Source: Camelus dromedarius (taxonomy: Eukaryota). From it: a DNA stretch of 64,000 nucleotides. Both the position numbers and the translations under genes were made by a program. Each line of letters opens with the position of its first letter. The first letter of the stretch is position 1. Below the pieces are notes generated by a model. The model was not told the origin of the DNA and did not search any database. It was given only the letters and a program-made list of their open reading frames with translations. The stretch spans positions 78,556,001 through 78,620,000 of the forward strand of contig NC_087436.1 in assembly GCF_036321535.1 (NCBI RefSeq), written 5' to 3'. Positions 1 to 13,000 of the stretch are shown one piece after another.

Positions 1-2080
1 TTATCAGTGTTCTTTACGTCTTCATGTGGATTTGAGTTACTGTATAGTGTCCTGACTGTTGAATTTTCATTCAGGGCACATCTGCTAGTAATAAACTCTC
101 TCAGTTCCTGTTTATCTGGCAATGTCTTAATTTCTCCTTGTCAAATATAGAATTCTTGGTTGGTAGGGTTTTTTTCCTTTCAGCACTTTAAATATGTTAT
201 CCAATTGTCTTCTGGTTTCCATGACTTTTGATGAGAAATCAGCTGTTTATGTTACTGAGGTTTCCATATTTGTGATGAGTCCATTCTCTGTTGCTATTTT
301 CAAGATTCTGTCTTTGCCTTTGGTTTTCAGTAGTTTGATTATGATGTGCTTAGGTGTAGATCACTAGGAATTTACCCTCTGAGTTTTTCAAACATGTTGG
401 ATGTATAGGTAAATGATTTCTATCAAATTTGTGAAATTTTCAACGATTATTTCTTCAGATATTTTTTTCTGCCCTTTCCTCACTTTCCTTTCCTCTAGAA
501 CTTCCATTATGCTTATGTTGGTACATTTGTTGGTGCTCCACTGGTTTATGAGGCTTTGTTCATTTTTCTTCATTCTTTTCTTTTCTGTTCCCCAGACTGG
601 ATAATATCAATGTATCCGTCCTCAAGTTCCCTGATTCTTTGTTCTGCCACTTCACATCTGCTGTTGAGCTCTCCGCTAGTGATTTCTCTTATTTCAGCTT
701 TTGTACTTTGAAGCTCCAGGGTTTTCATTTCTTTTTTTTTTTTTTTTTCATAACTTCTGTCTCTTTGTTGGTATTCTCTATTTGATGAAATGTTGTTATC
801 ACACATTAATTCCTTAGATTTGGTTTGCTTTAGTTCTTTGGAGTATCTAAAACAGTTGATTTAAAGTCTTGTAAGTCCAACATCTGGGGTTCCTTAGGTA
901 CAATTTCTACTGATTTCATTTTTTTCCTTGTATGGAGCATATTTTCTTGCTTCTGTTTTTTAAATAATACCTCATAATTTTTAAAATCTGTTTTTAAATT
1001 GTGTCTCATAATTTTTTATTAAAAGCCAGACATTTAAAATAACATAATGTGACAACTCTGGCAACCAGATCTGCCCGCCCTACCTGCAGCATTTGTTGCT
1101 GTTGCCACTTGTTATAGTTGTTGCTATTTGTTTAGTGACTTCCCAGAACTAATTCTGTAAAGTCTACATTTTTTGTCATATTAGTGTCTCTACTTGGTTA
1201 GCTTATTGGTGAGCTAATGATTAGGTAGAAATTTCCTTAAACACCTATAACCAATCAATCTCCCAGACTTGGCTGTGTGTGTGGGTGCTGGAGCATGCCT
1301 TTTAAACTCAGTTCATAATGCCACCTTATCCTTCACTTCTTGCTCGCATAGAACCTCAAGATCAATCAGGAATGAGAGCTTAGGGCCTTCTCAGGTCCTT
1401 CTTAGGCATGCTCACAGCTCTTCCATGTACATGACCTTCTAGATTATCAAGAATATTTCAGAGCTTTTCAAACCCCCTATGAACGGTGCATTCACCAGCT
1501 ATTCCTTTTAATCTTTCTGTTAGCCTATTGTTTTCCCCAACTGCTATCCATCTAAGGCATCTGCAAAGTTTAAAAAAAAAAACAAAAAACCCTACCCCTG
1601 CCTTTAATTGTTCTTGACAATGCACCTTGTGGGAGTGGACTTTTAGCACTGAGTGAGCTCTGAGTCAGCCTTGAAAGTGATGTATTCCAGGGAACCACCA
1701 AACAGGTCAGGTAATGACAATTCCATAAGAATGAGGCTTTGAATAAATTCTGAATACATTTTCCCCCACTCTGGTGGCTGTCAAGCTGTCCCAGAAATGT
1801 GGGCTGTTATTTTTTAAGGCTATTACATAGCTGGAAAGTGGGGGATGGGTGGACTAGGGCAAGTTAAAATGCCACAAGGCTCACTGTTCTTACTAAGATT
1901 CAGCCATTTTTCTTGAATAAACAATTCTTGGGTTACCATAAGTCTTTAGTTAATTTCTAGAGTTCTAAAAAAGTTAATTCTGAAAAATTTTGCCAGTTTT
2001 TTCATTGCTCTTAAGGAAGGGAAAATATTTGGGGGCCCTTTTATCTGCCATTTTTACTGACATTCTCCAATAACCTTTTT
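1..2080 (-). mobile_element. Old LINE-1 5' region (ORF1 remnant plus 5'UTR-like sequence)
   Basis: Minus-strand ORFs 388-573 (EVLEERKVRKGQKKISEEIIVENFTNL) and 570-806 (coiled-coil ELNSRCEVAEQRIRELED) resemble degraded L1 ORF1p. Boundaries are approximate. Confidence 0.7.
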
Positions 2081-5079
2081 TAAGCCAAAAATAATCCAAA
2101 CCATGGCTAAATACAAAAGTACAAGTAGCCAGACACCAGCATCATGGGGATGAGGAGTCAGAAGTTGTGAAGTAATGAAGACATAACAAAGAGCCTACAC
2201 CTTCTGTGAAATTGCCCCATAAGGCCCATTCAGAACAGCCACTAATTTCTAACACCTCTTCATCCTCCTTTAATTAAATCTGTTCTTCCTTAAACACCAT
2301 CACCAAGATAAATGAGAGTAAGCTAATTCAATCTTATTGATTCTCTGTTTTGTTTAATCACTAAAGATACCATTTTGTTTAATTACTAGAGGTTGTTTTC
2401 TACTATTTGCATTTCAGATACACCTTGACTGAGTTACAATATTTCTGCAGAGAAATGTGCTCTACACTCTGAACAATCACTTTATAAACTTTTAAACCCA
2501 ACAGGTTTGTTAACAAAGAAGTAGCTGTCTGAAATTAATGGCTGAAACCAATATTGTAAAACCTAAATGTTGTAGGCTGGTGGGTAACTGGAGACCTCTG
2601 AAGGAAGTAACACTTAAGCTGGATTTTGAAGGATGGAAGAGTAATTAGAAGAATGTAGGGAAAGATTATATGTCCAAGAGCTTCCAGCCCAGAATCAGCA
2701 TAATATCATCTCAGATCAGTAAGCAGACTAACTGACTATAGTGGCAACTAATGTGGAAAGGAAAAGAAGGTTAAATTTAGGGAGATATTGGAGCTCAAGA
2801 AGACAACAGAAAACTTTAAGTAAGAGGCAGAGAATTTGGACTCGACTGTAGGACAATGGTTCACAACCATTTCCCCTCTTCCAATAAACTTGAGAGATGC
2901 ACTTATTCCCAGTACCAGCAACAGCACACAATTCAAGAGATCCTCAAATGCGGGGATGAAGTAGTGAGGATGATGTCAGAATCTCTGAGGGGGGAGAGCG
3001 AGTGTAGGATATGAGAGATTTTTAAAAACCCACTTGAAATTCTGATATTCCTTCCTTCACCGTTCCACTCATCCCTCCACACCTCCAGTAGTGGGAAGCC
3101 ACAGGAGACTTCTGAAGAAAATATTGCTCTTTTTAAAGTGTTTCATGGCTAGTTTTTAAAGTATTTCATGGAGTAATAGCCTAATTTCCTGAACAGTAGA
3201 CAAAACTACTTCTGCACTTTCCAAAAGGTAATTCATAGAATACTCATCCCACAGATGCCATCTGTGAAGAAGGTTCAGTCCCCATAAGTTTGGGAAATCA
3301 CACGTATCACATCCCCTTCTACAGGAGATTCACAAACTGTGCTAATTAGCTTACTAAAGGATCTAAGAGTTCCCACAGTAGAGAAACCTGTTCAGTTTTT
3401 TCAACCCAGAGTTTCCACACCCTTATTTGAACACAGATTTATTCCCACATAATATCTATCAATATTCTAGTACTGAACAGAAGTTGAGCAACGCTGGCCT
3501 GCGTTAGTTTCTATGTGGTTGGGGCAGGTCACATGTGGTTCTGTACCCGACAAAGATCTTCTTAGGCAAGACAATAAAGCAGGAAGTGGCATTTCCCCTA
3601 CTCTCTAGAAACCCCACTCCCTACAACCGTTTCTGTCTGCTCTCATTTGCCTTTTCAGTTCCTCATGCAGAGAAGAACCCAACCTCAGCCCTCATTCCTA
3701 CCCTGTAAGTGCCCCCCAAACAGCTTTATTCAGTGAAAATGGTGAGTAGAGGCCCCTGGGTTCCTCAGTATTTTTCTGGGACCCTCACCAGCATCTGAGC
3801 TAAGTAACTGAGTGGCTGAAAGAGAAACCAGCCTGGAGAACATGATGGCACTTGTGGATCTTCCTGTGTAATTAACTAGAGGAACAAAAAGGGTTGTGAA
3901 AAGCTGCTGGGCAAGGGACGAAAGAAAAGAGGAGAACAAGCCTGTCTGGGCCTGAATGAGTTACAAAAGCAGATGAGAATGAAAACAAGGAATGGCCTTC
4001 TTCCTAGCTCTCACTTCCTTCCTCTGCAAAAGCCCTGAGTGGCCTTTTTAATTCTTCCCCAGCGCAGCTGTAGTCAGCTTTCTCCTTCAAAGCTGTGCTC
4101 TGTGCTCCCTCTGCTGGCCCTGACGCAGCCATTAGATTTAAAACCAACTACAGCGTTGACAGTTACATCTGAGTGGCCTGCAGAGATGTGTGCCATCCAC
4201 ATAGCCTCTCTTAAACTTAGCTACTCTTCCGAGCTCTGAGGAAAATTCAACTTCTTTTGTACCAGTAACAACAAAAAATATGTGTGTTGGGGAAGAGGGG
4301 TAAAAAGGGGATGGTTAAATAAATTACTGTACTTCATACATGAAATGCAGCCATCCTAAATTGTATCCACCACTGTGTGAGGCTCTGGAGATTGAAAAAA
4401 AGAAAAAATTAGTAATACTTGCCCTCTACTCTCAGGAAATTTACAAGTTAGAGAGGGAGACCAACATACAACACGTTTCTCAAGAGGAAGAATTTTAGAA
4501 AATTTCTGTAACACGTGCCTTGAATGATGATTCTAATATGTTTGCTGAACCTAAAGAGAAGCAACTCAAATAGAGCAGGCTGTGCCTTCTTAAATGTGCA
4601 TCTTATTGGATAGATTTGGTTATGTGACAGTATGGGCTCATAACAATCACTACGGTCATCCATTATGGAACACCTGCTGGGGGCCAGTCACAGTACGCTT
4701 TATGTATGTCAGCTCATTTTATAAAGTTCAGAGATGAGCCTAAGGGAGAAACTGAGGTTCAGAGATACCAACATTACATAACCAGAAAGTGGCAAAGTAG
4801 GCATTCAAGTCCAGGTCTGCTTGACTCCATAGCCCCTTCAATCTCTCCCCACTACCTCAATCATTATCCAGCTTCCACAAACAGCGCTGCTACCTCAGGT
4901 CCCCCTCCACTTGGTCACTGAGTAAAATGGAATAGCCTAATACGACAGTTAACAATAGAATCCTATGTCATGTTCACATTGAGCAAAGTACTACACAAGG
5001 TCCCTAGTCTTAAGAAGCTTAAAATACAATGGAGCAGAGGCTATATGCAAAATAAGTTAAATACAGCCAATAGATTTCC

Positions 5080-5800
5080 TCTGTGTCAGAAACAGCCAGT
5101 TTGAAAACATAATGGAAAACAAATTCTATTAACAGGAGCACCTAAAATACCCCAGAATAAACATTTTAAAATTTGTCAAGCCTTTATGAAGAAACTTACA
5201 GAGTTTTTATAGGAGGATACAATATAGAATAAATAGAAAGTCAACTGATGTTCCTGGCTGAGAAGACTCAATATGGCAAATATATTAATTCTCTCCAATT
5301 TGTTAAATTTAAAGCAATTTGAACTACAGTTATTGACTCATTGTGATATCAGCACAGAAACAGGCATATAAATCAACTCTAAAATCCAATAAACAATGTA
5401 TATGGGGGATTAGTCTATGGTAAAAGTGGCATTTCAAACTAGTGGGGAAAGGAGTCAATAAGTGGATGAAACAATTGTCTGTATATTTGGGGAAACACAA
5501 ATTCCTACCTCGCAAGAGACATGAAAACAAATTCCAGGTGGATTAAAGACTTAAACATTAAAAACAAGCAAAAGTAATAGAAGAAAAATAAGGCAATATT
5601 TTTATATAGAGACAGGAAAGGAAGCCTTGGCCAACATGCCACCAAGGTCCAACATCATCATAGAAAATACTAATATGTTTGACTAAATAAGAAATAAAAA
5701 TGTCTGCAGAAGAACAGACACCAAAAAGAAAAAGAAAATGGCAAACTTCAGAGGAAAGTATTTGAAATATATGACAGTCAAATAAAAAAATGTATTACTA
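5080..5800 (+). mobile_element. Degraded L1 ORF2 fragment
   Basis: A-rich, L1 ORF2-like phrases (agaagactcaatatggcaaa, ccaggtggattaaagacttaaac). Confidence 0.55.
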
Positions 5801-6860
5801 TTTTAAAAGCAAAAAAGTTCAGAAAAACATATTCATTCATGTTAAATATAAATGTATAAAAAGAAAAGACAAATATAAATTAGATTTTTGCAGTGGTTAT
5901 TTTTATGGGATGGCAAAAATAAAGAGACTTTTACTGCTGTATTGTTTGAATTTCTACAGTGATCACATGCTGTACGGAAAAGAACTATAGAAATATTTAC
6001 ATTTTGAGGAACAACAATGAGTAAAAGAATAGTCCTTTACAGAAGAATTTCAATACTTAATAAGAAGCATCTTGATTTAATCAGTGCTTGAAAGACTCTA
6101 GCTTGTGTAGTATTTGCAAACTCTCTAGTAACGTAAGAAATTCAATGATTCAAAATTAGTGAACTTTTCTTCTGAGTAGCTAATCTCTAAAACGCAACAA
6201 CAGATTTGCTGGTCTATGAAAGTAGTCTTGAGGTCTAAAAGCTTGTTTTAAAAGAAATGGACAATAGTGAAATGTCCCATTTCTCCTTCCCAGGGGTCCA
6301 TCTTCTCACCACTCCTTCTGCCCCATCCTCAAGATTTTGCCAAACTATCAAGGGAAAGATGGAAATACTTGTTCTGTTTTATATTACCTGTTGTGGTTTT
6401 TATTCTCAGCTATTACTTTTGCATAAAAAAAAAAGAAAACAAAGAGGAGGAGGAAGAGCAGGAAAAGATTCTCAGCCCTTAATGTTTCAAAACAGATTTT
6501 GTTAACTCCTGGAAAAGAAAGTCTTCAGAAAGAAAAGGTGTGGGACAGCAGATGTCAACCTTAATGCCACAGTTTGGGAAGAACGCCTGAGGGGTGGACA
6601 GCTGCCCACCTAGGCTTGCTGGAGTCTCCCCTGGCTGCAGGAGGGTAGAGAGGCAGAGAAGGAAGCAATTCAATCAGCCACAGAGCCCCGGCTGGGAGGT
6701 GGGGGTGATGGAGGATGGTGATGGGAAGACTCCCAGCTGACCAGAGATCTAAGGGCTTGCTCCTCAGGTGAGATAAGGTCCATGAGCTGCTCCTCACATG
6801 ACAAGAGAGTGACAGTATGACAGGAGGGGTGGTAGCATGGTGTGTTGGCCAGAGTCTTGA

Positions 6861-7388
6861 TGTTACCCCAAAAGGTAAAGACCTACTTCTTGTCATACCG
6901 AAAGATGTTTATAGATAGAAGACGGTGTGTTGTGTAGCGAAACATTTTTAAAGATTTACATAGAAAAGGAAATGTACTCCTCCAAGAACGGGAGGTAGGC
7001 TAATCCAAGGGAGAAAAAGCGGTGGCTTTTGTCTCCCCTTTTTCTTATACCCTCACTTAGAGGTGGTCTTTTGATTGACGGCTCTTGTCCCTAGAGTGCT
7101 TAGTCATATTTGGCCCCTTTTGTGCATGTCCTTACCCATGGTGTACACAGAAAAACCCATAGAGGGCGCACCTAAACCCTAACGTTATTTATAACACAAT
7201 GAACATTGGGTTATGTTTGGTTAAGTCCTTTCTGCTACCACCCAGTCCTGGCTGTTGGGTTCTAACCAGTTTCTTGCAGACACTCATCTAGAAGTAAAGT
7301 CCCTTCAGGCAGGCATACCGCCATCCGGACCATCCTCCCTCCCCTCCACCTATCTGCCTGGCGCCCCCACTTACCTAACTACCTAACA
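6861..7388 (-). mobile_element. Probable solo ERV (ERV1-like) LTR
   Basis: About 528 bp bounded by TGTTA...TAACA, with a near-matching 4-bp flank (ttga / ctga). TATA-like and polyA-like motifs read on the minus strand. Confidence 0.55.
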
Positions 7389-9539
7389 CTGAGACAGCCT
7401 CCTGAGCCTCCCAAAGCCTCAGAATGGCACTGGGGGCAGCAGAAAGTTTCCCTCGCCCCTAAGAAAGCCACAAAAGTGGCTGAGAGAAGCGTGAAACTGC
7501 CTTATACTGAATCGCAACACGTCTCCCACAAGTCACACACGCACCGTATGTCTGACTAGAGCTGAGGAGCCGTTGGAGGTGACAGTGGCCTTAGAGAACA
7601 TCTAATACAAATGATACTTACCGGGCTGTGGACCAGGCCATTGAGCCCCACACTTGAGTGAACATAGACCCATTTGAAATGTTTGTAAAAAATGCAGATG
7701 ATCAGGCCACACCCCCAAGGGGGAAAAAAAAGTGGCTGAGAGAGAATCAGAGTGCCTGAAGGGGCCTTGAGGTTCCAAGGGGAGTATGTGAACTGATACC
7801 AGAGACAGACAGAAAACAAACATTAGCAGCAATGCCACCTTAGAGAGATGGTCATGAACCAGACGACCTCACATCCACCAAGTTCCTCACACACACAGAT
7901 GGCACCCTATGTAGAAAGAAGGGAAAGGGGAAATTCTGAGTTCATTGAGGAAACCTGGTATTGACTAGATAAAGCTCAGATATCAGTAAAATGAGGCTCA
8001 CAAGAAAGTTAGAGTTGTGTTATAAATTACGTTTTTCGTTGCTGTAGGCCAGAATCTGTGGTTTGTGCAAAGCTAACCCACCACACCTGCTTCACAGGAT
8101 TGTTTTAATATGACAAGGTGAGACCAAGATGGGGAAGGTCCTAAATACACCGCTCCAATTACCAGATGCTTGTTGTTGTTACTACAGTTCACGATTTCAT
8201 TGTCCAGTCGCAAGGAGCAAAGCAACGTGGCCAAGTTTATTGTGCTTATTTTTACTATAACCAAGAATATATAAATGCATTACCTCAGAATTAACATGTC
8301 ATTTTCCCACATATAAGTAATGTGACCAGTGCTTGTAATTCAGTCATCCCACGAGTAACACAAGACATTTTCTCTAAGATGATAAGATACATTGATTTAA
8401 GACTTCCATCATACAAAAGGATAAATGATTCAACAAGGCATTCTCACGACTACAATCCAGATCTGTTTTGCTCCTTGCTTGTCAAACCCAATTTAACTGC
8501 ACTGGGTTAAAATAAACTCAATCGACTACCTGTCTTCACCTCCTGCCAGGGACCCCAGGAGGACATCAATTGTTTTTCCTTCAAAGTTATACCATTGGGA
8601 GCAAGAAACTAATTCTCATTAATGTATTTATCATAATAAAGATTGCATATCTACAATATTTTGCATAATTACTTAATTTAAACTTGACAACTATCCCCAT
8701 TTTATAGATTAGCAAACAGAGTCTCAGAAACGTTAAGTTACGGTAAAGCCACAGAGTAAATGGCAATGCCTGTATTTTGAATCAAGTGTGTCTCGTTTCT
8801 TTCCACTGTACCACATCGCCTTGCTAATGAAAACATATAAGCTTATCTGAAGCTTATACTTTAAAAAATTCTTGCCAAGAAACTCAAGGTCTAAGATAAG
8901 AAGTCGTCTACCACTCCCATCACCCACCCACTCTACCACACACCCACTCTGCCACACTCCGTCCCCTAAACCCACTGGCCTTCTTTCAAGCCTTTACAGA
9001 GCTGTTCCCTCTGCTTAGACCGTCCTATCTTTCCTCCCCACTTAAGAGAGTTCAACCCATCCTCTATAACGGACAGTGACTTTGAAAGTTTTGCTCCCTC
9101 TCCTAAGGAGAATTAGCGGCGTACACTCGGATTTGTACGGTTAGTTCAGCTTTCCATCACAGCGCACACTTATCACTTGAGAGTGGCGTTTGTCTGCATG
9201 TGCCTCGGTGACCACTACTAGAATATGACCCCCTCAAGTCAAGGTCCGGGGCCCGCCTACCTCCTGGCTTACCTGTTGGTCTAAGCACTCAGCGCATAGT
9301 CGGAGTTCAACTGATACTCGTGGTGTTAACAAATGAATTTTATTTTAAATCAAGGTCTATATTTTACACGACCTACACTGTGAACGAATTATATGTAGGT
9401 AAGCACTGTGGAGTAAACTGCTCTTAAATGATTTTAACGATGACCACGTAGAAAGGCTTCACTCACCTAAACCCAGTTTTTCCAGAAACCTCGCTCAGAG
9501 TTCAGCATAGGTTCGGTACAGACTCAGCCCAGACCAGAG

Positions 9540-10080
9540 ATGGCCCCACCTCCCTGACTGCCAATCAATCGCCCCTCACGCCTGCGCAGACACCGTCCTC
9601 TCCCGGAGCCCCGCCCCAGTCACCCGCCCCGAGGCTGCCGCGGGCGGTTAGGTCTGGCGGGAGCCTTTCCTTCACTGGCCCGCCCACTATGACGATCACC
9701 TACAGCTGCGTTGCAAATGGCCGAGCGGTCCTAGCCGAGCTGGCCCTAACCGGCGGCTCTTATCAGGTACCCCTGGGTCGCCACCTCGGCCATCACGGGT
9801 TCCACTTTTCGAGGGTGGTACCCACCGGACCTGCCCCTCGGGACGCGGCGCTAAGGAGCTGCCGGGAATCGGCTGTTGAGGCGTGAGGCCCCGCCTCCGC
9901 GAACGGCCTCTCCCTCGAGAGGCCACGCCGCCGCGCGGCCTAGCCTGCGAGATGGTGAATCCCTGGCGGGAGCCGCTCGCGCTCCCAGACGGCAGAGCCG
10001 CAAGTGCGCCGCCCAGGGGCTACGGTTGGTGTTGCACGCGACCTACTTGGCCGTGATTAGCAGTCACGTTTAATTCCGGA
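9540..10080 (+). promoter_or_regulatory. Small CpG-island promoter of the VAMP-like gene
   Basis: Local CpG enrichment around exon 1. CCAAT 9561-9565, NRF1-like CACGCCTGCGCA 9577-9588, GC boxes ~9609-9630, MYB-type CGGTTA 9645-9650, and CTGGCGGGAGCC (E2F-type core) at 9654-9665 and 9963-9974. Confidence 0.75.
9689..9766 (+). CDS. VAMP9: VAMP-like exon 1 (longin N-terminus)
   Basis: cccactATG start with A at -3. [26 protein letters not shown] aligns with VAMP7 MAILFAVVARGTTILAKHAWCGGNFL. Donor CAG|gtaccc, phase 0. Confidence 0.85.
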
Positions 10081-13000
10081 GACCCTTAAAAATATTCTCT
10101 CCCCTGAGAGAAAATGAGAAACTGAAGAATGGTCAGCAGTTCAACCCACATTTATTGAGCATGTGTTAGTCGCAAAATCCCAGGGTAAAGGTGTGGGGGA
10201 TGAAACGATGAAGAGAAAACGGTGCCTGGAGTTGTCCTTTGATGAGCACGTTGTCCCTTTATACTCAGGGGCTACGTTCAGTCGTCCTACAGTGTGAAAG
10301 TATTTCAGTGGAGGTAGATCGAGATTACTCCCGTAGCACTCGGGATGGGTGACTGCTTGCCAGCCACAGAGGAGGTGATGCTCCTGTGCAAAAGCATTGC
10401 AAGCATTAGCCCTAGCCTGGCACAGGAAAGGGGGGTGGAGACCCCATGCGGAGGGATCAGTGTGGTGTGTTTGCGGAACCTCAAGAACCTCAAGAACCTC
10501 AGTGGGGCTAGATAGAGCACAGGTTCCCAGTATACAGGGGCTAAAGATGAGGTCAGAAAAGTGGACAAAGAATAGTTAATAAAAAGTCCTATATTCAGTT
10601 TGGTTTTTTATCCTAAAGATTTATAAATAGAAGAATAGCAAGATCTGATTCATCTCCTGGAAAATTTGATCTGGTTACAATGTACAAGGTGGATTGGAGG
10701 GAAGAGAAACAGGATGGTATTCTTACTGGTTACCCAGAAGATCTAAGGGCCTGAGCTAGGGCAATAACCTGCAGAAGAAAAGAAGGGGACAGATCCTAAA
10801 CTTACTTTGTAAAACTAATCCTCATAGAGTTAATGACTGGCTGAATATGCGGGAGAAGGGTCAGGGCCATGACTAGGATGATTCTCAATTTTTAAAATCT
10901 TTTTCCCCAGCTTTATTGAGATAAAATTGGCAGAACATTGTGTAAGTTTAAGGTGTTTAATGTGAAGATTTGTCAATTTTTTTTCTTAGGTGGCATCAAA
11001 CGATAGAAACGACAGATGGAGGGGCAGAATTGTGGGGAAAGGAGTCAGAGGGAATGCAGGGGAGGAGAGTACAGCCTGGGACAGGTTGAATTGTGTTGCG
11101 GGTTGGAAATAGCCAATCTATTTGTGTATTTATTCCTCCATCTTATTCCCAAAATATTTAAGTCATAAAAATATCCAATAGGTCGCACTCAGAGGGTCAG
11201 GGTGAACAGTTAAAGATAGTTGAAGTAGATAAGATTGCCCAAGAAGGACTGTGAGTTCAATGAACACCTTGTAGATCTTGTTCAGCTTCTCTGGAGCATA
11301 AGACATTGTTTTAATTTTCTTCTCTTGGTTTTCAGAATACCATTCCTCTCATTCGGTGGCCCACCTCTCTATTCTGTTCTAAAACAGCGTTCTGCTTTTT
11401 GGCGCTCTGCTATTCTGACTGTATACTTTTCTTGGGCAATCTTATCCTTCAACTTTCTGTCTCCCTTCATAATTATGAAATGTTTATTAAGAACCTACTA
11501 CGGCATCGTCCACTGTACAAAGATTAAAACAGTCCCTGTCTTAAAGGAGTTCATAAGCCCAGTGGCCTCTCTTTATGAAGCATGCAGGGAGGTAAGAAAG
11601 TGGAAGGCGATGGAGCAGTATGCAGTCGGAGGAAAGGATTAAAGATGTGGGATGACTGCTCTGTGGAAGGCTGACCAGAGAGGAGAAAAAGGATGACAAA
11701 GAGCTTCAAGGGACATACCTTTCCTTGGTGCTAAATATTAATATGACAAATATTTTATACTTACTAGACAATATTAGTACCTACCAAAGCATAATCATGA
11801 AATCAAATCATGATGGAGCTGGACAGGATCCTAGAGATCATCTTGCCCAGTCCCTTCATTTTTCACACAAGGAAACAGACCCAGATAAGTCACCTTCTCA
11901 AGCTGTGCAGCACATCAATTCTAGAAACAGTACTGCAGCCCAGGCTGTCACTCATTTTACTGCCTCACGTTGCCATTTGCTTCGTTTGTCATTTTTCTAT
12001 GATTCCATTGTTTATATACTCTAACAGAGACACCTGGAGAAAGGTAGGGGAATATGATCCAATGAAGAGAATAGACTAATTGAAAGATTATAGATTCCCT
12101 TAATGTTTCTTAGGAAATCCTTTTCTAGAAAATACTGCCTGGATTTTTCAGGCAATACCAATAATTTCAAGTTTTACTCTTTACCATTAGTAATAAGCCT
12201 TACTCTCCCCAAAAGTTTTTATTTCCAGTGTCATTTTGTAAAAATGGAAAAGTTAATCAGGAGTGCGGCTACTCAAGTCTTCTTAGGTTACTTTCACGTC
12301 CCTTTCACATGTGTAAAGTCAATTTATGGGATTCCATACAATCAACTGTATTTAAGGTATCTGGATAATCGCAGTACCTTACAAAATTTCCCCCAAAGAA
12401 TAAGCCTTATAAGAAACAGGCATGAGAGATCTTAGTAATTATTTGTCTTTTAGAAAAAAATCAGTGAATAATAATGAATAAAATTTTTTATCTTAATCAA
12501 AAAAAAAAGAAGACTGCTTAAGTTATTCTGAGACTAAAAGCAGAATACTTTTAATCCATTAATATTTTATATGTAGCTTCATAGAGGTCACTGAAAAGAT
12601 ACTTGATTAGATAGTACTTCCCAGCCTTGAAACCATATATGATAATGTGCTGTAAAAATAAGACTAATTAGTGCAACTTATATTTGCATACTTATGTGTA
12701 TGCACAAAGTATATGTGTATTTATGTAATTTTATTATTTTCCTTCAGATTCATATGAATATTTCATGATAACTTGCCTCTTACCATGCATTACGAATAAC
12801 CACCTATTTGTCCTCCTAGTAAACAGTTGTTCCTTAATAAACTAAACAGAACATTGGTAAATTAAGGAGATGTATAATGAAAGACACTACAGTCTTCTGC
12901 AAAGTAAATGCTGACAATTTATTTTTAGGAAGCAGCTGCAACAGTGCTTAAACTAGTGCTTCTTAGAGCTGAACCAAAGACCATAATTCATATGGGAAGG

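Noticed and set aside
9767..10073. Read-through of ORF 9689..9886 and overlapping GC-rich ORFs
   Set aside because: VAMP similarity ends at the donor at 9766; the remainder is intronic CpG-island sequence with few stop codons.
10476..10502. 9-bp unit GAACCTCAA repeated about three times
   Set aside because: Simple slippage duplication in intronic repeat-derived DNA, not a CRISPR-like or functional array.
11235..12435. ORFs of 89-135 aa in VAMP-like intron 1
   Set aside because: Mostly non-ATG starts, partly MIR/L2-derived, no homology recognised, and not needed for the longin alignment.
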